From Pseudobdellovibrionaceae bacterium (GTDB taxonomy: Bacteria; Bdellovibrionota; Bdellovibrionia; Bdellovibrionales; Bdellovibrionaceae): a DNA stretch of 29,811 bases. Under the pieces are notes generated by a model, which searched no databases, was not told the origin of the DNA, and was given only the letters and a program-made list of their open reading frames with translations. Numbering within the stretch: the first letter of the stretch is position 1; each line of letters begins with the position of its first letter. A program made the position numbers and the translations under genes. Location: positions 1-29,811 of the forward strand of contig JBIKLL010000027.1 of assembly GCA_044359815.1 (NCBI GenBank), in the 5' to 3' direction. Positions 17,789-25,764 of the stretch are shown here, in pieces.

Positions 17789-17809
17789 ATTTTGCAGACC
17801 ATTTAAAAC

Positions 17810-17846
17810 TGTCATGATTTAGACGAATGTGACAAAAAATGGTCAG
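17810..17846. promoter_or_regulatory. Second TGTCA-N15-TGACA element
   Basis: TGTCATGATTTAGACGAATGTGACAAAAAATGG; same spacing and A-tract as the element at 6668. Confidence 0.4.
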
Positions 17847-17889
17847 GTTTCGTAATGTAATTGATAATAACTAGGATCAGAAAACAGGT

Positions 17890-19098
17890 TTAATTTGCAA
17901 AAGTAGCTTCACAAATTCGTGCTTTTGCAGATCTGGATTTGAAAAAATCCATACTGGATCGAATCAATCCCATGGACAAGTTTTTAAACTTCTGAGGTTT
18001 ATCAGCAAAAAATGACCTGATTTTTTCAGGGACACCGATAGACAGAATTTTAAAGTTTTTATAGTTGGTTTCCATAACATAACCCGCAAAGTCTGATCCG
18101 GGAGCGCCCCAAGTGCTGGCGTAACCCGCCTGAGCCATTTTGTTAGAAATGCTAAAATACCCAGGGGGCCCAGGTGGGTAGTATGAGCGCCCCGCATGTT
18201 GCGAATAAAATGTGTTTTCAGAATTTCTAAGAGTGTAAACACTCATTTTTGTATTTAAGCCCATCGCCCAATAAGGTAGGGCAGACAGAGTTTGCTTTGC
18301 ATTCTCGCGGCCAAATGAAATTCTGGCAACGGCAGTCTTTGTGACCTCGTTATAGCCAAAACTTATGCCGATTTCGAAATGCCGACCCCTCAATTTAGGA
18401 AACGTTACGCCGACTCCTGCCAATGAAAAATAAAATCCCACTTCGTTTGAAGCTGCGATGACTAAAGCACTCTTCCAAAGCATATCATTAAACTGAGTGA
18501 TTAGTTTTTCCATGATATTTCGTCCCAGAGAATGAGCCTGTCCCCAGTTGTGATTTATTTCGTTCAGGGTTTGTTTTTCCTCGGGGCTCAATTTTTCATA
18601 GGCAGATTTTCGAATTACTTTGTAATAATGCTTTCTGAGTTTTTCGCCGGTGATCGCAGTTAATCCCATGGCAGACAAACCCACTCCGTCTGAATTCAAA
18701 ATATGCACGAAATACCACATGTATGAATTACGTCTTTGGATGAAAGTCTGAATTTGTTCAGGGGTCATAAACTCTAGAATTTTAACATCATCAGGGTTGC
18801 TGGGTGACACCCGCACATTGTAAACCGCATTTGAAAACTTGAAGGTTTGTGAAGATTCTAAGTTCAGATTATCTTTGGAGTCGCCTTGAGCCGCGGTTTG
18901 ATTATTTATATCGCTGCCGGTAATTGGGTGATCATAAACGATGTCTTGTGCAGTAAATTCTTTATCTATGTCTAATGATGAACTGGTATTTAAACTGTCC
19001 GAGTTTTGGGCTTGGGTCAGAGAGGCGGTCAAAGTAACAGCAAAGAATAGCAACATTCTTAGTTTGGCTCTTAAAATTGTTTTATGATCAGTTAACAT
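17890..19098 (-). CDS. Hypothetical exported protein with C-terminal CEATF motif
   Basis: Long ORF with signal peptide (LLFFAVTLTASLTQA), helical N-half and Gly/aromatic beta-rich C-half; start uncertain (ATG 19098 or a later Met). Confidence 0.75.
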   Translation of the reverse strand: MLTDHKTILRAKLRMLLFFAVTLTASLTQAQNSDSLNTSSSLDIDKEFTAQDIVYDHPITGSDINNQTAAQGDSKDNLNLESSQTFKFSNAVYNVRVSPSNPDDVKILEFMTPEQIQTFIQRRNSYMWYFVHILNSDGVGLSAMGLTAITGEKLRKHYYKVIRKSAYEKLSPEEKQTLNEINHNWGQAHSLGRNIMEKLITQFNDMLWKSALVIAASNEVGFYFSLAGVGVTFPKLRGRHFEIGISFGYNEVTKTAVARISFGRENAKQTLSALPYWAMGLNTKMSVYTLRNSENTFYSQHAGRSYYPPGPPGYFSISNKMAQAGYASTWGAPGSDFAGYVMETNYKNFKILSIGVPEKIRSFFADKPQKFKNLSMGLIRSSMDFFKSRSAKARICEATFAN

Positions 19099-19128
19099 TT
19101 TCCCATCCAATGCCAGACCGCTTTCTAT

Positions 19129-19144
19129 AGCAATTTCGCTGCCT
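19129..19144 (-). promoter_or_regulatory. Putative sigma54 promoter
   Basis: Minus strand AGGCAGCGAAATTGCT = GG-N10-GC with GGCA and TTGC boxes, 30 nt upstream of ATG 19098. Confidence 0.6.
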
Positions 19145-19225
19145 TCTTTAGGGTGGGATAAGTTGATTTAGACATTGATTTGAATGTTTAAACTTTGATC
19201 ACAAGACTGTAATTGTTGTAAAAAT

Positions 19226-19302
<77 letters not shown>

Positions 19303-19389
19303 ACATTGGAGTGTAAAATAACGTTCCAGAAGAGATGTTCTTCTGCTTTTGTTAAGCAAGATCGCAAACATAAATCCCTACCTTGTTTC

Positions 19390-19418
19390 TTGTCAAATTA
19401 CCTGAGCTAACGCAGACT
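19390..19418 (+). promoter_or_regulatory. Putative sigma70 promoter for a leaderless transcript
   Basis: TTGTCA-N17-CAGACT, 7 nt, then ATG at 19426; no Shine-Dalgarno sequence. Confidence 0.45.
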
Positions 19419-19425
19419 AGCATTA

Positions 19426-20073
19426 ATGCTGGATAATATTCCCAAACCTGTCTTAGTCTTTTTTGTAATCGCTATCGGAATCGTACTGATAGTTTTTCTG
19501 CAAGAGCCCCATACGGTTTGTCATTCACAGATCGAGCAAGCGACTAAAAATTTAAGGGGTCAGATTTTTCCCTCAAAAGGAAAATCCATGGCCCTGGCGC
19601 CAAAGTACCCCAAGTTTAGAGAGTCTTGTAAAATTGGGAATTCCCCTGGAGCTTGCTTTGAGTATTTTCAGGTACTCAAAAAAGTAGCCAATGAATTCAA
19701 TGCGATTTCTTACGAATGCGCAGGTGATTTTGCTCAGGTGCCGGCTGTGCAAAAATCAATCACTGAAGGATTGGATTTAATTGCGATGCTTGCATGGGGC
19801 GAACAGCCACCCGAGGTTAAAACGGGGTGGTTGGAATCACCAGATTTGGTTTTATTTTGCAAATTAAAAGAACTTTATTTGAATGCCTTTGGCTCAGAGC
19901 AGTTTGCAGAATTTAGAAACTATGTGATCGCAAAGCTCCCTGGCGAAGCCCGTGTGTACAAGGGGCCAGATTGTACGGATTGCAACAAATCCCGAAAAGC
20001 GTTAGAAGTGTTAGACTACGACAAGGTCTGGTCAAAAAGTTTGTTTTCACTTAGATGCGAGAATTACAGATGA
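19426..20073 (+). CDS. Hypothetical membrane-anchored Cys-rich periplasmic protein
   Basis: N-terminal TM segment; eight Cys; AWGEQPP...GWLE motif; no family recognised. Confidence 0.8.
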   Translation: MLDNIPKPVLVFFVIAIGIVLIVFLQEPHTVCHSQIEQATKNLRGQIFPSKGKSMALAPKYPKFRESCKIGNSPGACFEYFQVLKKVANEFNAISYECAGDFAQVPAVQKSITEGLDLIAMLAWGEQPPEVKTGWLESPDLVLFCKLKELYLNAFGSEQFAEFRNYVIAKLPGEARVYKGPDCTDCNKSRKALEVLDYDKVWSKSLFSLRCENYR

Positions 20074-20465
20074 AATTTAGAAACAGATTTAGAAATTATG
20101 TCAATTACCAGGCTCTGGCCGCGGTTTTGGTTTTTGCCACGTTTTTTTTGATAGCTCAAAAACAAATTGCGGCTCTAATAACTTCCTCTATTTTTTTTGG
20201 AGTTTCAGCCTACATTTTGTACGCTGAAAGTAAGTTTGAGGGCTATAAAAAAAGAATTTCGTTTATCGCAACTTTGATTTTTTTAGTTGGATTCATTGTA
20301 CCCATTTTTTTGTTAAGGCTTTCGCATTGGGGTACGCCTTTTAGCGAAATTGTATTTTTGGGAATTAGTGGGCAGCTTTTGCATCAGGTTTCCAATTATG
20401 GATTTATCCTGATGCTTGTCTGTTATTTTATAGATTCAAACTTAGAACAAAAACGAAATAATTAG
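20070..20465 (+). CDS. Hypothetical integral membrane protein (about 4 TM)
   Basis: Hydrophobic segments; ATG 20070 gives an ATGA overlap with the upstream stop. Confidence 0.7.
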   Translation: MKFRNRFRNYVNYQALAAVLVFATFFLIAQKQIAALITSSIFFGVSAYILYAESKFEGYKKRISFIATLIFLVGFIVPIFLLRLSHWGTPFSEIVFLGISGQLLHQVSNYGFILMLVCYFIDSNLEQKRNN

Positions 20466-20767
20466 ATATCAAAAGGTGCTGGAGAAACAGATTCTACTCG
20501 GCCAGATGTATCGTGAGCTACCATTCCAGTCGGCAATAAAGCCAATGAACGAGCCTTTTTTACTGCGTTAGCGACTTTTCTTTGTAAATTTAAGCTCAGT
20601 TTAGAAATTCTAGCTGGAGTGATTTTACCACCGTCGGTTACAAATCGAGTCAATGATTGTGGATCCTTATAATCAAAAACATGATCGCCCGTGAATTCTG
20701 CTCTGTACTTACTGCGGCTTGTGTTGCCTCTTCTGCCAGATCCTGATTTGCCTTCGTCTTTTTCCAT
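20462..20767 (-). CDS. rpsR: 30S ribosomal protein S18 (no Zn-binding Cys)
   Basis: FDYKDPQSLTRFVTDGGKITPARISKL...QRKVANAVKKARSLALLP; likely start ATG 20767 after AAGGA. Confidence 0.95.
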   Translation of the reverse strand: MEKDEGKSGSGRRGNTSRSKYRAEFTGDHVFDYKDPQSLTRFVTDGGKITPARISKLSLNLQRKVANAVKKARSLALLPTGMVAHDTSGRVESVSPAPFDI

Positions 20768-20882
20768 TAAAATTCCTTTCATGTTTCTAAGATTTAGCGT
20801 TTTAACCTAAAATTCTATTGCCAACAAGGGACTTTTTTATCTATACCTGGCTTTTAAATTTAGCACCACTAGGGGGTTAGCG

Positions 20883-21173
20883 ATGAGTAAATGTGAATTA
20901 ACGGGTAAAGGGCCTGTAGTGAAAAACCTTGTGAGTCACTCAAACATCAAAACCAAATCAATTTCTCAACCCAATGTACAAGAAAAACGTTTGTATAGTC
21001 GGATACTTAACCAGATGGTAAGGCTGAAGGTTGCTTCCAGTGCGATCAAATCTATGGAGCATAGAGGTGGCTTTGATCAATATTTATTGGGTCAATCAGT
21101 TGAAGTGCTTTCACCAAAAGCGTTAACAATCAAAAATCGAATCAGAAGAAAAATGAAAGCAAAGAAAGCTTAG
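20883..21173 (+). CDS. rpmB: 50S ribosomal protein L28
   Basis: MSKCELTGK...NLVSHSNIKTK...PNVQ...GGFDQYLL. Confidence 0.96.
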   Translation: MSKCELTGKGPVVKNLVSHSNIKTKSISQPNVQEKRLYSRILNQMVRLKVASSAIKSMEHRGGFDQYLLGQSVEVLSPKALTIKNRIRRKMKAKKA

Positions 21174-21182
21174 GAGTTCTAA

Positions 21183-21446
21183 ATGGCGTTAAAACTATCA
21201 ATTAAAAAAGGTGACACAGTTCAAGTAATCGCCGGCCAAGATAAAGGCAAAAAAGGCGCCGTAGTTGAAGTAAATCCTCGTACTATGAAAATCAAAGTCC
21301 AAGGGATCAAAATGCAGACTCATTTTGATAAAAAAGACGGCTTAAAAACGCTGGAAGGCTTTATTGACTATTCTAACGTCAAGCTGGCTGAAAAAGCGGT
21401 TAAAGAAAAGAAAGCTGCTAAGGCTACAAAAGCTAAGTCTAAATAG
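21183..21446 (+). CDS. rplX: 50S ribosomal protein L24 (KOW motif), short form
   Basis: IKKGDTVQVIAGQDKGKKGAV...VQGI...EGFIDYSNVKL; AGGAG RBS. Confidence 0.85.
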   Translation: MALKLSIKKGDTVQVIAGQDKGKKGAVVEVNPRTMKIKVQGIKMQTHFDKKDGLKTLEGFIDYSNVKLAEKAVKEKKAAKATKAKSK

Positions 21447-21462
21447 TCACTTACAGAAAACT

Positions 21463-21489
21463 TAAGTTTTTTGTCTAAGTTTCCGATTA
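21463..21489 (+). promoter_or_regulatory. Putative sigma28 (FliA) promoter
   Basis: TAAG-N15-TCCGATTA compared with the consensus TAAA-N15-GCCGATAA; upstream of ATG 21513. Confidence 0.6.
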
Positions 21490-21512
21490 AGCCGCATAGC
21501 GGGGTAAAAGCA

Positions 21513-21836
21513 ATGTACAGACTGTACGAAAGTTTAGGCGTTCGTTGTTTCATTTTGAGTCTATTAGTATTTCAACCTGCTTGGGGACAGCAAGCAGAGT
21601 ATCTTACAAATTTTCTGTGCAAAAGTGGCAAAGAGGTCAGATCCATTAAGATTGAAAAATCTGGCAGTGGTTGTGTTGCTACTTATACAAAAACAGGAGT
21701 TGATCAAGTGGTTGGCAAATCCTCTGTAGAAAATAATTGTTCTGAGGTCGTAAATAAAATCAAATCCAATCTTGAAAAAGGCAATTGGAGTTGCAAAGAT
21801 ATTTCAAACTCTAGAATTTCAAGAGTGGCGGATTGA
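21513..21836 (+). CDS. Small exported protein with four Cys in the mature part
   Basis: Start reassigned to ATG 21513 (GGGGT RBS); signal peptide ending PAWG; C-x5-VRSI...C...Y.K.G...C...L..G.W.C pattern. Confidence 0.75.
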   Translation: MYRLYESLGVRCFILSLLVFQPAWGQQAEYLTNFLCKSGKEVRSIKIEKSGSGCVATYTKTGVDQVVGKSSVENNCSEVVNKIKSNLEKGNWSCKDISNSRISRVAD

Positions 21837-22648
21837 ATAAATTAAAGGTCTCTGTACTGCAGTTAAGTTCCATAGATGATATTTCAACTAACATCATTCA
21901 AGTTAAAAAATTAATTTTAGAAGCTCTTAAGTTCAATCCTGATCTGATATGTCTGCCAGAAAATGCGCTCTATTTGAGGATTAAAGAAGGCGAAGCCATA
22001 CCCTCATTGCAAATCACAGATCCAGTTTTTAGTGAATTACAAAGTCTGATTAAAAACCAAAAAACAATGATTCACATAGGGTCTGTGCCGCTGAGAAAAA
22101 CTGACGGGGTTTATAACTCATCGGTGATTGTTTCGGGTGAAAAGATCGAGGCCAGTTATAACAAAATCCATCTGTTTGATATCCATTTAACAAATCAGAA
22201 GCCTATTCGAGAGTCCGATGTTTTTAAGCATGGGGAAAGTCCTAAGGTCTTTACAGTTAACGGATGGAAGGTTGCTCAATCCATTTGTTATGATCTTAGA
22301 TTCAGTGAACTTTACAGTATGTATGCAAAACAGGAAGTGGATTTGATTTTAGTGCCTTCGGCATTTTTAGTTCCCACTGGAAAGGCCCATTGGGAAGTGC
22401 TGATCAGAGCAAGAGCTATTGAGTCTCAGGCCTTTGTGATTGCCGCTGCTCAGGCGGGACAACACAAGAGCTTGCGCACAGATTTGGTCCGAGAAACTTA
22501 TGGCAACAGTATGATTGTTTCGCCGTGGGGAGCAATATTGAAACAGGGTGGCCCCAATCAACAGGAAGTCATAAATTACGAGCTGGATTTACAGGAAATT
22601 GGTAAAACTCGAATGCAAATCCCTATGAAAAATCATCGACGCGTCTAA
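21833..22648 (+). CDS. Carbon-nitrogen hydrolase, Nit1 / deaminated-glutathione amidase-like
   Basis: Glu-Lys-Cys triad in LPEN, YNKIHLFD and ICYDLRF; PSAF...TGKAHWEVL.RARAIE.Q; YGNSMIVSPWG. Confidence 0.92.
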   Translation: MNKLKVSVLQLSSIDDISTNIIQVKKLILEALKFNPDLICLPENALYLRIKEGEAIPSLQITDPVFSELQSLIKNQKTMIHIGSVPLRKTDGVYNSSVIVSGEKIEASYNKIHLFDIHLTNQKPIRESDVFKHGESPKVFTVNGWKVAQSICYDLRFSELYSMYAKQEVDLILVPSAFLVPTGKAHWEVLIRARAIESQAFVIAAAQAGQHKSLRTDLVRETYGNSMIVSPWGAILKQGGPNQQEVINYELDLQEIGKTRMQIPMKNHRRV

Positions 22649-22685
22649 GGATGACAACTTTCACATTTTATTGTGAAATTGGTTT

Positions 22686-22925
22686 ATGAAAAAGACTCAA
22701 ATTCTAATTACAGTATTGGCGATTGTTTTACCTTTTACGGCAATGGCTTTGATTTCAGATGATCTGTTGTCAAAGGAAGAGCTTGAAATTCACAAAAAGG
22801 TCAAAGAAAAGAATTTTATTTGGGGTAGGGATGAAGAGCCGTTAGAGGTTCAAAATCAGTTGATCCAACCCATCAGAAAGTTTGGCGCCAAGGAAGAAGA
22901 GAGCTTGGGGTTAGATCATGATTAA
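22686..22925 (+). CDS. Small hypothetical exported protein
   Basis: Signal peptide MKKTQILITVLAIVLPFTAMA; overlaps the ETF-QO start by 8 nt. Confidence 0.65.
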   Translation: MKKTQILITVLAIVLPFTAMALISDDLLSKEELEIHKKVKEKNFIWGRDEEPLEVQNQLIQPIRKFGAKEEESLGLDHD

Positions 22926-24606
22926 TTACCCACTTCCTGAGGGCGTAAACCGAGACACGATGGATGCTGATGTACTGATTGTGGGTGGCGGAGCAGCCGG
23001 TTTATCGTGTGCACTGCAGATTGCGAAAAAAACTGAGGGTCAAAATCTGAATATTGTAGTCCTTGAAAAAGCCTCAGAAGTTGGTGCCCACAGTTTGTCA
23101 GGCGCTGTCCTGAATCCTTCGGCGTTAAAGGAACTGGTTCCAGATTTTAAAGAAAAAAATTGTCCCATTGAAACTGAAGTCAAAGAGGACGCTGTTTATT
23201 ATCTGACTCAAGGTTCACAATTTAAATTTCCCATCACTCCACCGCCCTTTGTAAATCATGGAAATTTAATCATTTCGCTTTCAAAGTTTAATCGTTGGTT
23301 GGCGGCTGAATGTGAAAGCCGGGGAATCAATGTGTTTCCGGGATTTGCAGCTGTTGAAGCTCTGTATGAGGGAAATAAAATAGTGGGTGTGCAAACCGGA
23401 GATAAAGGGCGTGATAAATCAGGTCAACCTAAGAGTAATTTTGAACCTGGATTAATTATCAAAGCCAAGGTCACTGTTTTTGCCGAAGGAACCAGAGGAT
23501 CCCTGTTTAAAAGAGTCAGTGCAAAATTAAATCTAAGAGAAGGCAAAAATCCCGAGGTGTTTGAAGAAGGTGTTAAAGAAGTCATACAAATGCCGTCTGG
23601 TACAGTAAAGCCCGGTGTGGTGATTCACACTATGGGATTCCCATTGCATAAAAGCATTGGGGGGACCTTTTTATACACAATCCCCGGAGATAAAGTTTTA
23701 CTGGGATTAGTTGCTTATTTGGACTCTAAGGATCCCATGCTTGATCCGCATCGAGAGCTTCAAAAACTGAAGACTCATCCGTTTATACAGAAATTTATCA
23801 AAGACGGAAAAGTCATTGCTTACGGAGGAAAGACTCTGCCGGCAGGTGGTTGGTATTCAATGCCAAAACTGTTCGGTGATGGTTGGGTGGTTATTGGGGA
23901 CTCGGCTAGTATGGTGGATGTTCAAAAACTAAAAGGGGTTCATTTGGCAATGAAGTCCGGAATGTTAGCTGCAGATGCTGTTGTTGAGGCCATAGCAGCG
24001 AATGACTTTACTGAAAAATCTTTGGCTTCCTATGAACAAAAAATCCAGAGCTCATTTGTTAAATCCGAACTGTATCGAGTGCGAAATTTTCATCAGACAT
24101 TGTCTAAAGGTTTCTTGGCTTCATTGCCATTAATTGCAATGCAAGAACTTACAGGCGGCAGAGGACTGTCAGACAATATGAAAATTCATAAAATTGATGC
24201 CAAAGAAACTGAGGACTTTTCTGAAGTGTGGCAGGGTCATGATGTTAAGTCTGAAGAATTCGCATTGCCTAAGCCTGATGGAAAGTTGTTTTTTGATAAA
24301 CTCAGCTCTGTTTATCTAACAGGAACCATGCATGATGAAGATTCTCCGAATCATTTGATTCTAAGAAATGGAGACATCTGCAGGTCTGAATGCCATCCTA
24401 AAAAGAAATCTCCTTGCGTGCAGTTTTGTCCAGCCAGTGTTTATGAAATGATTCCATCAAAAACTGGCAAATCAGACCAATTTGACCTGCAAATCAACTA
24501 CACCAATTGCATTCATTGTAAAACCTGCGATATTAAGTGCCCATTCGAAAATATTGATTGGACCGTACCCGAAGGTGGTGGCGGACCTCGGTATCAAGAA
24601 GTCTAA
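22918..24606 (+). CDS. Electron transfer flavoprotein:quinone oxidoreductase (FAD, 4Fe-4S)
   Basis: DVLIVGGGAAG, GAHSLSGAV, KGVHLAMKSG, FCPASVYE, NCIHCKTCDIKCP, WTVPEGGGGP. Confidence 0.95.
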   Translation: MINYPLPEGVNRDTMDADVLIVGGGAAGLSCALQIAKKTEGQNLNIVVLEKASEVGAHSLSGAVLNPSALKELVPDFKEKNCPIETEVKEDAVYYLTQGSQFKFPITPPPFVNHGNLIISLSKFNRWLAAECESRGINVFPGFAAVEALYEGNKIVGVQTGDKGRDKSGQPKSNFEPGLIIKAKVTVFAEGTRGSLFKRVSAKLNLREGKNPEVFEEGVKEVIQMPSGTVKPGVVIHTMGFPLHKSIGGTFLYTIPGDKVLLGLVAYLDSKDPMLDPHRELQKLKTHPFIQKFIKDGKVIAYGGKTLPAGGWYSMPKLFGDGWVVIGDSASMVDVQKLKGVHLAMKSGMLAADAVVEAIAANDFTEKSLASYEQKIQSSFVKSELYRVRNFHQTLSKGFLASLPLIAMQELTGGRGLSDNMKIHKIDAKETEDFSEVWQGHDVKSEEFALPKPDGKLFFDKLSSVYLTGTMHDEDSPNHLILRNGDICRSECHPKKKSPCVQFCPASVYEMIPSKTGKSDQFDLQINYTNCIHCKTCDIKCPFENIDWTVPEGGGGPRYQEV

Positions 24607-24621
24607 CAAGCAAAGGGCATT

Positions 24622-25761
24622 ATGGCAGAATTTTTCGCGGTGGCTCCACGAGGGCTGACTCCAGTATTGGAACAAGAACTAAAGTCTTTTGGTCTGAATG
24701 TATATGATACAAATGCCAGCGGGGTGTTTTTTAAGGGCAGTTGGGAAGACTGTTATTTAGCAAACCTGAAATCCAGAATCGCTTCCAGAATTTTAAAGCC
24801 TTTGATTGATTTTCCTGCCTATCAAGGTGAGGAACTGTACAACAATGTTATCAAACACGACTTTACAAAATACATTGAACCTAGCCAGACAATAAAAGTA
24901 GATGCATCAGTTTCAGAATCAATGATCCATGACCAACGTTTTGTGGCCTTGAAAATCAAAGACGCAATCGTTGATCAGTTCAGAGATAAATTTGGAGTCA
25001 GACCCAACGTAGATACAGCCAAGCCTGATATGCAAATAGTTGTAAGGGGAATTAAAAACACTTACCGAGTGTTTTTAGACACTTCGGGCGAAGGTTTGCA
25101 CAGAAGAGGATACAGAGACGCTGGCGGTGAGGCTCCGTTGAAAGAGAATTTGGCAGCTGGTTTAATCGCTTTGTCTGGTTGGAAGCCTGGTGAAGTTTTA
25201 GTTGATCCTTTGTGTGGTAGTGGAACGTTTTTGATTGAAGCTGCGATGATAGCCAGAAACATTGCGCCAGGAACATTCAGAAAGCGATTTGCTTTTATGA
25301 ATTTTAAAAATTTTGAAAAAGACAAATGGACATCGTTGGTTGATAAAGTTTTAGATGAAGAAATAAAAACAGAAATTCCAGTTCAGTTTTTTGGCTCAGA
25401 TATTGATCGTAAAACTGTTTTTCTAGCCAAGCAAAATGCCAAAAATGCTGGAGTTGACGATTTGATTCAGTTCAAAACCGAGACTGTTGCCACAGTTAAA
25501 GGAACAACAGAAAATCTGGGGGCCAAAGGTTATTTGATAACAAACCCACCTTATGGTTCCAGGATAGGTGAATGGGATAATCTGCGCGACGTCTACAGAG
25601 ATTTAGCCCACACTTTAAAAACAGAGTTTAAAAATTGGACCGCATGGATTTTGTCAGGAAACAAAGATCTTATTGGTGATCTGAAATTGAAATCATCGCA
25701 AAGAGTTTTTGTTTACAACGGTCCAATTGAATGCCGCTTTTTAAAATACGAAATGTTTTAA
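24622..25761 (+). CDS. rlmL: THUMP-domain 23S rRNA m2G2445 methyltransferase (stand-alone RlmL)
   Basis: SRIASRIL, KDAIVDQFR, LHRRGYR...APLKENLAA, DPLCGSGT, TNPPYG, NGPIECR. Confidence 0.88.
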   Translation: MAEFFAVAPRGLTPVLEQELKSFGLNVYDTNASGVFFKGSWEDCYLANLKSRIASRILKPLIDFPAYQGEELYNNVIKHDFTKYIEPSQTIKVDASVSESMIHDQRFVALKIKDAIVDQFRDKFGVRPNVDTAKPDMQIVVRGIKNTYRVFLDTSGEGLHRRGYRDAGGEAPLKENLAAGLIALSGWKPGEVLVDPLCGSGTFLIEAAMIARNIAPGTFRKRFAFMNFKNFEKDKWTSLVDKVLDEEIKTEIPVQFFGSDIDRKTVFLAKQNAKNAGVDDLIQFKTETVATVKGTTENLGAKGYLITNPPYGSRIGEWDNLRDVYRDLAHTLKTEFKNWTAWILSGNKDLIGDLKLKSSQRVFVYNGPIECRFLKYEMF

Positions 25762-25764
25762 AGA

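Noticed and set aside
17785..17801. TGGTCTGCAAAATTGCT as a sigma54 promoter
   Set aside because: GG-to-GC spacing is 11 nt rather than the required 10; an extended -10 element explains the site better.
19972..19986. CTDC as a heme-c binding motif
   Set aside because: It is followed by Asn, not His, so it is not CxxCH; more likely a disulfide.
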